From Iphione sp. A-MEVVRFRX5 (taxonomy: Eukaryota), in assembly GCA_976226885.1 (NCBI GenBank), contig OZ320313.1, positions 46,314,001 to 46,378,000 on the forward strand: 64,000 nt of DNA, read 5' to 3'. This document shows positions 11,501 to 24,024 of this stretch, piece by piece. Numbering within the stretch: the stretch's first letter is position 1; each line of letters begins with the position of its first letter. The notes beneath the pieces are model-generated. The model was not told where the DNA came from and made no database searches. It saw only the letters and a program-made list of their open reading frames with translations. A program made the translations under genes and the position numbers.

Positions 11501-14500
11501 TCATCACCAACTTCATGCCAGAATACTGTCGGTACACGACCGAATGTGCAGACAAAGGCATGTCTCATTCACAGAGTCATTGTTGGTGGAGAATTCAATG
11601 ACGTTAGTTTATGGGGAGCACACACATTGGAACGCCAATTCTATTCAAGACCTGCGAAAACAACCGTAGTGGTGGTAATGAAACAGCAGTAACTTTTTTC
11701 TTGGTCCAGAGAGAGACATAGAAACTGTAACACCGTCCGCGACATACCAGATCGCAGGCTTCGTAAAACGTCCGCGTAAAAACTCAGGGTAGAGATTCTG
11801 GTATCTTGTTAAAATGGTGAGAAACCTCACGATTAGGTTCATTTCAATGCAGGTTCGGCCGCCCAACCTGTTAATTATTTATCTCGGGCGCACACAAGTC
11901 ACATCCACACTGGACGCTTGACGAATAAACATCCGATGTTGCATTCTAGCAGTTGTTACCGTATTGGTTCAATTAACCGCTCACAAACATCCAAATTTCA
12001 TTAACTCACAACGAAGCATACATTAGCCAAGACTAATGCTGTGAATTGATACAGGGCGCACTTAATGCAGCATACTAATGCTTATCGACAGCATCAAGAG
12101 ACTAATAATACATGTATCTGGCGGCTTGAGTTAGCTACAATGTTTCACAAATATACTACAAACTGCAATATTTCAAAGGGACACTAACCACCCACAAGAG
12201 TAGGAGCCGCAAACCTGAATGATGGCAATGTGAAAGGTTGTATTTTCCACATCACAAACCGCTCTATATATATGCATATAAGGTCTCGACGGGTGAGTGA
12301 CTCAAGGGCTGGCTGATTGGAAAATGCACAAAACCAGAGCAGCTCACCTGTTATACAAGCGGTGGCAGCCATCATTCATGCTGAGCACTACGGTTCGCTA
12401 TACTTATTCCTAGTACAAATTCAGCGCAAGCCGGGTTTTCAAAAGCTGGTGGCCATTTTATATACCGGTCACATACGGAGATATCTTCTTTCAATGGTAT
12501 TCATAGAACATAGCCACGGACCGAAACTGAATTGTTTGCTGTGGTTTAAGGAGGAGCCTATCGTTGGCAGCAATGGCGCTAGGAGGACACTATTACGACA
12601 AGGAGTGACGCGGGGGAAAACCCTGGGTGTGATGAAGGCACCCAATCTGCCACAGCCCTCCTAATCCCCGTGTTAATCAGTCATGGCCGGTAGATCACCT
12701 GAGTCGCTCCTTGCTCCATCTTCATAATTCCAAGAATATTTTCATCCACCATCTCCTGTACCATGAAACGATGTCTCTGGAGATAATAATACGAATTCCT
12801 AAAACAAACCTTCAAAGTTCTTTCCAAAATGGTAAATGTTTCGAATAATACGGAGCCGATTTTTATCATTCTTATCTAAATTGCTCAGAAGTTATTAGAC
12901 GATACCAGTCGGCACATCAATGAAAAATGACGAGAGAAACGACCAGAGATGCAACGGAAGAGTTCCGGATGAAGGATATGTACATAGAAAGAGGATGGGG
13001 TTGGACTGTTGCTGTCATATCCCATATAGTTATTTTTACGCTGATTATTCTGCAGAGATACCAAGTGAAACGTTTATGTACGCGTGTACATGTGTATGGT
13101 TCGCTGAATATCCTCATCACTGCACGTCTTCTAAGCTTTGCGTCTCGACATAAATTCAGGTTTTAGGGCACAGACGAGACAGCATATATGACATTACCAA
13201 GTAAACGCACACCTTACATTTACACGTCTATGAAATCCGCTCACTAATGCATTTATAGCAAAAGGTCACGTTGCTCAAAGAGATACTATCGGCCGAAAAA
13301 TGGCTCAAATAACAAGGTTAGCGTTAAGAATGACATTGTTGGAAGAAAGCATACCCATAGGGCCAATAGTGCCATCCCTTAATGCCACAGTAACAGTAAA
13401 CGGAACAGGGTTCCTGCTAAAAGGTTGACTGTGTCGACGTAGTCACCCATTTTCTAATGCCGAGAAAGACGGCAGAGGCTGCTAGAGCATTGCGGTCCGG
13501 CTCAGCCGAAAGGCACGGGACGGCGAGACAGGTGGATCACTTAACTGCAGAAAGGAAACAAAGACAGGGCTAACATGGCAATTGCGTACTAGTGTGACGA
13601 CTCACTGCAGATCTAGATCCAGGAAGAGCTCCTATGACGCCATAACTTTCTTGTGAAAGTGTATTAAGGCAACTACATGTGTCAGATTATTGCTCAGTTA
13701 GGAGCAAAGCCTTAGTGAATCAGACCAGGGCATATTTAAAATGCATGTAAATGTATTAAATAAATATTATGTTAAATCTGCCTTGCCAAACCTGGCATTG
13801 GGGTGGGTACTGCTATTTTAACTAAACTACTCTAATCTACTCAAGACTGGGGCATTGCGCGTTCTTGGATGTTTCAATATTTGCTCCATTATACAGAAGC
13901 CGCAGCAACTTGCGATGCTATGTCTTATATGAGGTCCTCTTTACATAGGCAATACGTCAGAAGAAGAATACCGAACGTAGCATATACATCATCATAGATA
14001 CTTGCTGCAATAGACATGAAGCAATCACAGATAGCGATCAAGTTGTATTGGAGTAGCTTGGCCCAAGATACCCCATACCGATGAAAAAGGCCAAGATGAG
14101 TAACTTGGGAAATCTCATCAAGTGTTTTCAGCTAACCAGGCAGACGAATGTCTGCGCAATATGCCGTTATATGGGAATTACTTACGGCATAACCGTGGGC
14201 CAACAGAACAGATGTTCATAACGTTATTTAAGAAATATTTTCCCACGGAGTTAGTTGAATTCTTATTCAGCGCACCAACACGCAATGCTAACGTCCAAAT
14301 AGATAGGCGTCAGAGGATATGTGCACAATACAAACGAAAATACTATCGCGCTTTTTGCAGGGGCACCTTTTAGTCGCACAGTGACAGAATGCTGAATGAA
14401 GCTTTTGCGGCATTAGCCCGAGCCGCCACCCTCGCGCCGTCCCGTAGACGGTACTCCCTCTTAATATAGGATAAATGTTGTAAGCTTCGGGGCCTTCCCA

Positions 14501-15899
14501 CCTCAATCGCTTTCCCGAGATAGGTTCTTTCCCTCTCAGTCACTGCCAATAACCAGTGCAGTAGCAGTGAAAAGCGAATCACAGTCTACAATAAGAAGCA
14601 AGCTGCCGAGCCGTCTGCCTCGGCGCCCGGGGATCGAGTCTCTCGGAGTAGACCGAGTTACTCCTTCAGGGAGAAAACTCACGGAAGACAATGACAGACG
14701 ACAAGAGGACTCGATGACAAATGAGCGACATGTGAATTGAAGGAAAGATAAAGAGGAAAGGGTGATCTCTTAGAGATAAAATGAGCAGAGTTCATACAAA
14801 CAGTAATCCCCTCGTGTGTCTTTTTTCCACTCAACGATATCAGCGTAATAAAAAAAAAACTCGCCACGGTAATAAAAGATTGTTGATTGGGAATGAGAAC
14901 CACAATCTTATGAAAAATGATGAATGTCGATGATAGAAATCAAATATGAAGGAAGGAAGAGATTGGCGCGAGGGGATCTGCTAGCGCGTCGTTTCTTGCG
15001 TACATGTACGTATTTGCGCGCGTCAGTGAGTTCGTCCGTGCTTGCGTGCGTGATGCTCATCGGGAAAAGCCTAGCAGGCACGCCCTCAGAGGGCTAAGAA
15101 GTGATTCACGAAAAGGAGAAGAAAAAAGGGAACTATATATATAACTCCCGATTGTGTAAATGCAGTATTACATAAGTCAGGACGTCACGGTCCAAGGCAA
15201 TCAAAGCCGTCACCACTAAAAATTGGTAAGACATAAAAATAAGACTCGAAGTTGTTGATCGATGTGAGGTAACCGACGAACTTGACATCACTGCGAGATG
15301 TAGCCAATCGACTTCAGCGACAGCCACTGTTTGCTCTCCTCTCAGTGGCTTGCCGCTTCAGCCTGACAAGTATGCACGTAGGGCGCGCCGCTTTTCCTGA
15401 GCCACTCGCAATGACACATATATAGACGCCGCGAGCAGGAGCTATTTCCCGCGATCTATTGTTGTCCGTGAGTGAAAAAAAAGGACACTGCATCCAAACA
15501 ACTTTCTTGCGATACACGTGTGTTCGACCACCAAAACTGAAAAGGCTGACGGGACCCTATGTCCACATGCGACTGCACTGTTGTGAGAGGAGCGGGAGAA
15601 TATCCACCCCAGGTGAGACCTACCGCCGCAGGTAGACCGGTCCGTCAGAGCACACTCAGCCGGCGAGCCTGAAGACGGCATAAAGGTGGGCGCTGATGAG
15701 CCGTCCACTGTACGAGCAGCAGGGGCCCATCCCAGCCCGGCATTGTCCTCCACTCATTTTCCAACACGGCCGGTCTTCTTATCTTTTGCCTGCGGCACGA
15801 CGAGAGGATTGCGACAAGGAGGCGATTACTCCAAATACACCTATCACAGCCATTACTTATTCACCGCCGCATTACACGCTGCAAATATTTGGACACGGC

Positions 15900-15962
15900 A
15901 CCTCGATCTACTTTAATACCTCGTGGTGGTAGTGCGCACATTCAGCTGGATTAATCGACTAG
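15900..15962 (+). other. Putative non-coding leader exon 3' end (start arbitrary), candidate first exon of gene B
   Basis: Consensus donor AG|GTAAGT at 15962/15963 at the end of a CpG-rich stretch (about 15300-15950). Confidence 0.35.
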
Positions 15963-16347
15963 GTAAGTGGAGTAATTTGAGGAGGACAAAAAAAGATGCC
16001 AATAAATCATGTAGATGTAGATAACAGTGGTGCTTGCAAGGAACAACACAGCAGGCTTGTATGCCATGGACTAAGCCACAACCACCGCCTACAGGCTCCC
16101 CAGGCGGCTCTTTTACGAGGCGGGGGAGGTTTCAAGCGGCGAGCTGCTCATTTAGTCGTCAATCAATCGGCGCCCGTTGAGGCTACCGTGCTAGATAGCT
16201 GTCTGATGAGGCCAATGCTTTCCCCTGCTCCTTCTACTATCTACAAATTCACCCGATACGCCTATATACTGCGAGAGAGTCGCCTCCCGTATTTCCATCA
16301 TTAATATAATTACACAAGCATTCCGGTCCCTCTTGTTTTTCCTACAG

Positions 16348-16455
16348 TTTCCTCCGCCCGTGTCCGAGTCCGACAAGTGAGCTGCAGAGCGCGGTATTCT
16401 TCGCCTTTTAAGACGGCCGTTCTTCTTCGGGACCCTCGTTTTGCGTCGCCCACGT
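16348..16455 (+). other. Putative 5'UTR exon
   Basis: Pyrimidine tract cctcttgtttttcctacag| and donor |gtaagt. Confidence 0.35.
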
Positions 16456-18556
16456 GTAAGTCGGATTAGGAATAATGACTATCAATATTGCCAGTTGAGT
16501 ATGGTGCTTTATGTGCGTTCAGTTTAACAGATGTCCACATTCGGTTCATACTGAAATGGACAACCACAACAGAATACAATATACAGTAACTTTCACTCAT
16601 TTCTTTGCTTGCAGCAACAATTTGTTTTCGTATGATTCTGAGCATTTTAGGTCACTACTTTCGTTCTCTTGCCGATCTTTGGTGCTCTAGTGTCAGTCCT
16701 TCTGAATACGAAATCTCCTCCTCACCTTAAAAAAATAACAGCTTGCTTCTTGGACAAAGAAAAGGCCCTCTCAGCTGGACCTGTCTCCTGTCTATCCATT
16801 CTAAGCCCCTCCTGCCTTACGTAGCCGTGCTGTCCATGATTAATCTTGACCGCTGCCTCATTACATCGCCTGCAGGTTGGCGTCCATTCCGAGCTCGTCA
16901 ACACCGCTGGTCAGGAGACGGAAGGCTGCCGCTCAGGCCCCGGCGGTCTCCCAGTACACCGACGTATTGTTTAAAGTGAATTAGAACCTGTTAATCGGCT
17001 ATCGCCGTTAACAATGGTCCAGTGTTCGTCTTCGCCACTTAAGATTCCCTGCCGCTTTGTTGATCCAACACATGAAATGTGCATGGAATCCTTTTAGCGT
17101 GCCCCTGGGGGAAACTGTGTCAGTGGGAATTTGGGATAAGAAAAACGGACTACACGGAATATCTCAAATAACAACAGATTAGATGAGAAGTTAATCTAAA
17201 TGCTGTCCAAATTAAACTTTACAGAATGAGATTAAATAAATGCCCCCAAAATACACTTGAATCCCCTCACCTACAAAAGCATCCAGGACATTACAACCAT
17301 CTACAAAACATTAAACGAACAATGTTTAATTATCATCAATGAGCAGCGCTACCTTTCATTGCGAAAGAATGCAGGACAGCATTGTCTGTGAGTGCTTAAG
17401 GCTGCTTTTCAAGCGGGGCCTGCAGCTCGATGTTGACTTCGTCATTCGGCTCGGCCTCTACAACTGTTCACACACCACACTCACGAAGCACGACACTGCG
17501 TCTACATCTTGTTGACCAATCGTTTCAAGAATCGATATGGCCGCCGACAAAATGTTTGGACAAGCAGGCTGTCGTCTCTGACAAGAGATCAATGGGATTT
17601 AATTGGGAGTTGGACCATAGCGAGGGGGACTGTCACTGTAACGCTGGACCAGATCCACCTGTTCAAAGGTATACACATGTACACAGGGGCATTTACATAA
17701 TGATGTCGACGCAGACCTGTCTTACGCCATATCATACTGTAGAGAATAAGCTTAGCTGACCCCTACAGGGTCGACTATACAAGCAGCCCAGGGGGTAAAG
17801 CCATATTCATTAAGAAGTATTATTGTGCATAATATCTGCCTCCATGTTGCTTACGAATAATCAAGGAAATCAGGGTTTAATTTGTCGTCCAATGGGTTTA
17901 TAACACTCGACATTGCTGGGAAAAGAATGTCACTTCGATCCAATGGTTGTGATGGATTAGAAGCTGTATATGGCAAGACTTCTAGTGAGTTTTTCCCTTT
18001 TATGCATGGAAGCTCTTAGCAAATGAGCTCTATCTGTCCACGATGAAAGGCCTAGTAGAAAAAGGCATAAGCCAGTCCAGAATAGGAGCGGCTGAAAATG
18101 CACAACGTTAATGTGGCTTTCAAAGATTATTTCCTTTTGTGAGCCAGGAAGGGGAAGGTAGTTCTTAGAAGAGACTGACATGAATGGGCATATACATCAC
18201 TGCTGACCTTCACACTTATCTTCTGGCGACACATAAGAAAGCAAAATGGAATCTTTCGATTCCAGCTGGTTCGAATGCATCTATCAATGGAATTGTTATC
18301 GTCTATTTATTCCACGTCGTAGGATGGAATACCCTCTGGAGATGCTCGGCATGTTTCAACTTGAACGTAGATGTAATTTCCTTCTTCTACAGCAACATTT
18401 GTGTGCCTTCTTTCTCTTTATTTTAGTAGATTAAATCTCTTCTTTGTTTGATCCATACAGGCCTTTAGACATCAGTAACAACTTCCATATTATGAGACCC
18501 ATAGGCAATTTGTGTAAAGAAATCATTCATTGTTCGTTTATTTTCCATCAACTCTT

Positions 18557-18580
18557 TCTCTCTGTCTCTCTGTCTCTCTG

Positions 18581-18630
<50 letters not shown>
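18557..18630. repeat. (CT)n/(CTCTGT)n microsatellite
   Basis: Seen directly. Confidence 0.95.
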
Positions 18631-18634
<4 letters not shown>

Positions 18635-20999
18635 CTCTATCTATCTCACACACGCACACACGTGTTTATATACATGCACTAACGATTTTGACATAGGTTT
18701 GCCAAAATAACTGACAGCTAACTATGGTATTGATAATGCAGTTGTTCAGTGTTTGCTACACGTGTTGGATCCTCACGATAGCATTAAAAAACCGACGTCG
18801 CAATGATGCTGGAGGTGTGCATATAGATGGATTTAGTAGCTGAGTGTCACATTCTACTAAAGGCTGCCCTGAGCGTTCCTTGTGGCTCTTAGACTGAATA
18901 TTCTCATGCCTAATTTTCAGATCCACCCAGCCATGTGAAAAGTGCCTTTGGGGCCTTCCCAGAAAGCTTTGATCTTTACACCTGGCGAGTGGACAGATGC
19001 CAAAGACTGCCCACGACTGGCTTTATCCACCGCTCGGCTGGCTGTTCGCATTGACGTTAGTACATTTTACTGGCGGCCTGATAATCAATTGGGGCCAGGT
19101 TAATAAGTGACATTAATCACGATGGTAAATGCCCGTCCAATAAATAAACGTCAATTATGAACTCGACGTTAGTTCCGTATTGCTGCTCACATCTGCTTCC
19201 AATCAACGAATATTTAGCCTTTTCCCTCACTTCAGTGTTATTATAAACAAGCTGCACTGTACGCAGTTTAGAATGAAGACTTAAAACATCACACGAAATG
19301 AGTATACTTTTTAGATGCGACATTAAAGGTATTCCAAGCTTGGACTCGTATTAAAAAGTCATCGGATTAACTACATCAGGAGCAGAAGGTAATAGGCGCA
19401 GGTAGTCGGCTCCTTGATAAGTCAACTATATTGAGTCATGTTCGCAATAATTTGGCGTGACATTTCCTGGAAACATACTCGCAGCCAAGAAAGGGCCTCA
19501 ATCTATATCCGGGTTACCCAATAAGCTACGGTGTTCGGTGAACCGGAAGATATTTGCCCGAACATTGAGTACATCTAGACGAGAAAGGTTAATGGGCATT
19601 AAGGACGAAGCCAGATGTCTGCTGCGCACCTATCTCCACAAGGTTTTGCTGGATACTACGATAAGTGCCCCTTTGGCAATATTACTAAAAATCCCCAGAC
19701 GATCCGAAAGCACAGCGGCAGGCAAATTATTTTTTTTTCATCTAAAGTACCAGATTAACAATGTAACTACTGCATAATCTGCGGTAAAATTAGGACTGTG
19801 TGATGTTAATAGGAACCAAAAGAGTAAAAACAGGAGTTATTCCTAGAACGAGACTGGCGTCGATTTCTTTGGTTCGCTTGTTATTATATGCTTAAGTCTC
19901 GATTTCCACCTGGCAAGATATATGGATTAAGAGTCAGGTGTAACGTGCTCGCCGAGGTACTTCAGCACGACTGCGGTGAGCTGGCACTTCTTTGGCCTGT
20001 CCTCCCCATCGATAACGGTCAATATAGCCGGCTAGGGTGGGCCGGTAGGTATAAATTGGTGGCGGCTGGCGGCGGGTGATTGTTGGCGCCGACTCACGTG
20101 TGGACTAACCACCGGCAGGCTGGACAATGGGCAGGGCGGAACCCACGCTGAACATACAAGGGGCAGCAAAGTTGGTCATCCAAGTGCTGTGGTGGGAGCG
20201 CGCCATCTCATTTCGTATTAGGAATTGCTGGCGCCAATGGTACAACACCAGGCGGGCACGCCAATTAGCTGAGTGGCCCATCGGTGGCCGATAGGGACCC
20301 CTTTACATATCGCATCATCCTCTACAATTGCTAGGATGAGCCAATCTAGAACACTCGTCGAGAAGCACGTTTCGAGAAGTTCGCCTCTTCCAAGGAGGTC
20401 ATCCGTCCTGGAATCAATGGCGGGTCTCTGTTCACGTCTCCCCAGTTGCTTATACAGTATCTCTGGACATTAAACAGAGAGGCATCGATCTCTAAAGCTG
20501 CTGTACTTTCATCGTGTCCAAAGCCTGCAGCTATAACATGCATGCCATTCCGTCCAGGTAGGGACCGCTATTCCAGGCGGTAGAAACGAAACGCCGGCAG
20601 TTCATACAGCCACGCATCTCGCCATGTCTTACCGTAAAATCACTACGTCACCCTCCCTTTGCGTCCCGCGTGCAGTGCCAACATAAAGAGAAATGATGTG
20701 TCTGGACAGATTATTTATCGATCCGTCTCATCTTGCCCCTGCCGTCCATGCCAGAACCCCTTTCAAGCATGATGCTATGATTAATCATAGAGCTCCGTCT
20801 CTCTTACGTAATCGATTTTCTGCTTTGTTATCTTTCCAGGTGTTGTTGCGCAACAGAGAAGCTCTTGCCGACTAATTTCATTATTTCTAGACTGAAATTG
20901 TCAGAATATCGCTTTTTATTGGGTCAGTCGATGGAATTTTGTAGCGATCTGATATCGTAACAATACCAATTAATAAATCACTTTCTTTGTTCTTTTCAG

Positions 21000-21039
21000 G
21001 TACAACCGAACGATAACGTGGTGACGGGACACGTTACAG
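21000..21039 (+). other. Putative 40-nt 5'UTR exon
   Basis: Strong acceptor ctttctttgttcttttcag| and donor cag|gtagaa. Confidence 0.35.
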
Positions 21040-22650
21040 GTAGAAATCATAGGAATTTTCCGCGCTCACCTTCGGAACCTATATTGTTCTCTTTTCTTAT
21101 TCACATCAGCCTAGAACCTTCAATTGAGAATATGTACAGTTCTTTCGCAATCAAAGCAATCGAGTATATTCTTTGAACCGAAAATATACACGAAATAATT
21201 TTTCTTTAACTGACAAGATCGCACAAAGAAATATAGCCGTAATTACGTTAACCTGCAAAAGAGGCCGAAGCACTACTTTGATATTATAGACCTGGGAGTA
21301 GTATAATAGAGTTTAATACATCCAACCGATTTGTCAAATGCATAATTCAAGGACAAAATTACTGCAAGACTCGTTCAATTTACCACACAAGAGAGGCAAT
21401 CATCAACTCTAGGGCACTAAACAGGCTACCATAGTGGTGCTGTTAACTAGAGTACGTAGGAACAAGAGTTCGGTCGAACTCATCATTGTCGGGTCGCAGT
21501 TCTTCTTCGTCGACATTACGCAAAACGGCCAGAATGGCCGGGGAAATTACCGCCTGAATATTTATTGTCTGAATACATTCATTGCCCTGGAGTCCCGTGA
21601 CTATTGACAACTGATGGGTGAGACCTACTGAAGGAGGGATGAGCCCAGCAGTGTGCATGTGTGCTGCGCGTGTGTGTGTATATCAGTGTGTATGTGTAAG
21701 TGCTGAAGCCGGGAGAAGGGGTGGGTGCCGGTTGCATCTGTTGGGCCCGCGCGTCAGCCGCGACGCGCTATTGTCCTGGTGGGAATCGGCGGTCGCGATT
21801 ACTCTCCCTGTCGCGCATGCGTTAGCGAGCGTCGCGCGAGTTAGGAGGTCGCTTCTGGATGAAGGTTTTGCTGGAGGGGGGGGGGACGTGGCTGTTTCCA
21901 TAACAACAAGTGCCGTTGCTACTAAATGCTGATGCTGCTGGCTGTTCAATCTAACAATGAAGGCCTCTGCTCACAAGTAGTGATATAAGAACATTCAGGG
22001 GTCAGTGCAACTGCTGTTCTGATACACTGTACAACGACCGACCACACAAGACGCTTATTTACCCAAAATACACATGGTCCAGAAGCAAAGATTTCTTACT
22101 GTGCCAGAAACATCGCAAGACGTGTGTGACTAGGCTCAGTGATCGATGTCCAAAGATTATGTCCAGAAGCTTAATATGTGTGAAACGTCTGCTGTATGAT
22201 GAAAAGGCGGCCAGCGATTTGAGTTGGTGACAATCGAACAGGCATTATGTATGTGGGTCTCATATCAGGGTGAACAACATCTCCGTATGGTGAATCCACG
22301 AGACCCGCAACCCCCACCCGCCACCCGCCTCCCCGCCTCTTTACAGGTAGGATCCCCGCCTAGGCCCAGACCACGTGATGCAATGCATACAGGCGGATGC
22401 ACCGAGCGGCTGCATGGATCATGCTCGACCTGCGCGCGAGCGTGCGGCCTGCCACTGCAGTACCTACGAGGCCGGACGGCTCATTCAGCTGACAACAGCA
22501 CTAAACCACCTGTCCGACGGTTCCTATATGGACCAGCACAGTTAATTAGCAGGTGGCGGAGAATGATTTGACATCCGCTTTGTTTTCTTTACAGCACCAG
22601 CACTTGATTTCCCCACGTAAATTAGTCTCCTTTTTCAAGTTTTTTTCCAG

Positions 22651-22841
22651 AGGGGGCTAGATGATTTGATTTCGCCGGCGGTATCGTCACTGCCTACACT
22701 TTGAGGAAGCCACACGCTGCCCACGATAGGCCATACAGTGTGCGCGACGAGTCCATTGCTCGCAGTTCGGCGGTCGGGGAGGCAGGACGCAGGCGTAGCC
22801 CTTTCGGCCGTCCGGACCGCCCGCGCCAGGGGCGACTCTCA
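22651..22841 (+). other. Putative 5'UTR exon of gene B
   Basis: Acceptor ttttttccag|, donor cag|gtaaaa, CpG-rich. If spliced to 23860 it places an in-frame stop (22662) upstream of ATG 23877. Confidence 0.3.
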
Positions 22842-23876
22842 GGTAAAACTCCATCGGCGACAGAGGTCGCTACAGCATCAGCAGCATGCAGCAGCATAGG
22901 CGGCAGTGACGGCAGCACAAGAAGCAGCCAACAAGAGCAGTAGGAGAGCGGCATCGGCGGCCGACACAGCAGCAAGTACTACAGAGCGTATGGGCTGGAT
23001 AACAAGGCCGCCTAACAACACGCCAGCAGTTTGTACGCAAAGGCCGTCGGAAGTCCATGCCGGGACGCTGCTAGTGCCCCGGGTGATCGTGCCTCTGTGA
23101 GGGTGCTGTATTCTTCATGCTTGGCTGATTGTCACGAGAAAAGACGTAATAAGAAGTAGTGCGGGTAGCTCACAAGTGGGAGCGCTGGCCGGCTGTATCA
23201 CGACCGAGAACCTGTAGAGGGGAAACCACAGGACACACGGGCCCAATACTACTAGGAATGCGTCAACGGCATAGGAGTAGCAGCACAATAACCAAGAGTG
23301 GCTTCCATATGTATGTAGGCCGGCCCTGAAAGACCCGCCCTCTCCTTGCTTTGTAGGGCATACAGAAGGTATGAGTCAGTCCCGGCAGTTACTTCTGCTA
23401 ATGCTCTGCATCGGCCCGACCGATTTCTAAGAGATTGACCTTTTAGTGCAGCAAAGTGTGTCGCTGAAGAAGCCGCGCACGACTCAGTCCCGCCTGTGTT
23501 TAAGGGGTCAAGAGACAACCAGTGTTAGAGGAACAACACGGTCACTGGATAAGAGGAAGTGGGTGTACTTCTGCTTCTTCACGAGGATACGAAATGTCCA
23601 GTGCAAGTCCTCTCAAGGCAGGATACTGTCGTTATTAATCATACCGGCGTGTATGTGCGTGTTATCCGCAGAGGAATTACGTGAGAACGTACACTGACAC
23701 GCACGGGGTAAACACACAACACAACACATACTCGTAACATACACACACACGAACCAAAAAAAAAATGCTCGGTTTACTGGCACGAAACAGAGCCAGCACT
23801 CTCCTTCGGCCGTCGCCTGTGATTGTCTGATTTTCTCTTGTCTCTCTCTCCTCCCTCAGTAGTCCTTCCCATTTGC

Positions 23877-24024
23877 ATGCTGGACATGGGAGTGGGCGCG
23901 GACGGAGCCGTGGCCGTCTGGCTTCCGTGGAGGACGGCCTCCATCGGCTCCATACTGCTGCCGCTGCTTCCCTTGCTGCTCCTCATGGCCGGAGGAGTAC
24001 GCATGGTAGCTGCTTGCAACTTCG
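23877..24024 (+). CDS. Gene B exon: signal peptide (exon starts at 23860; ATG at 23877 or 23886)
   Basis: MLDMGVGADGAVAVWLPWRTASIGSILLPLLPLLLLMAGGVRMVAACNF; acceptor ctctctctcctccctcag|, donor cg|gtaagt, phase 1. Confidence 0.8.

Noticed and set aside
14288-14582. CHCATKRCPCKK Cys cluster recalling the integrase-type transposon C-terminal zinc motif
   Set aside because: The motif is incomplete and no flanking integrase sequence is recognisable.
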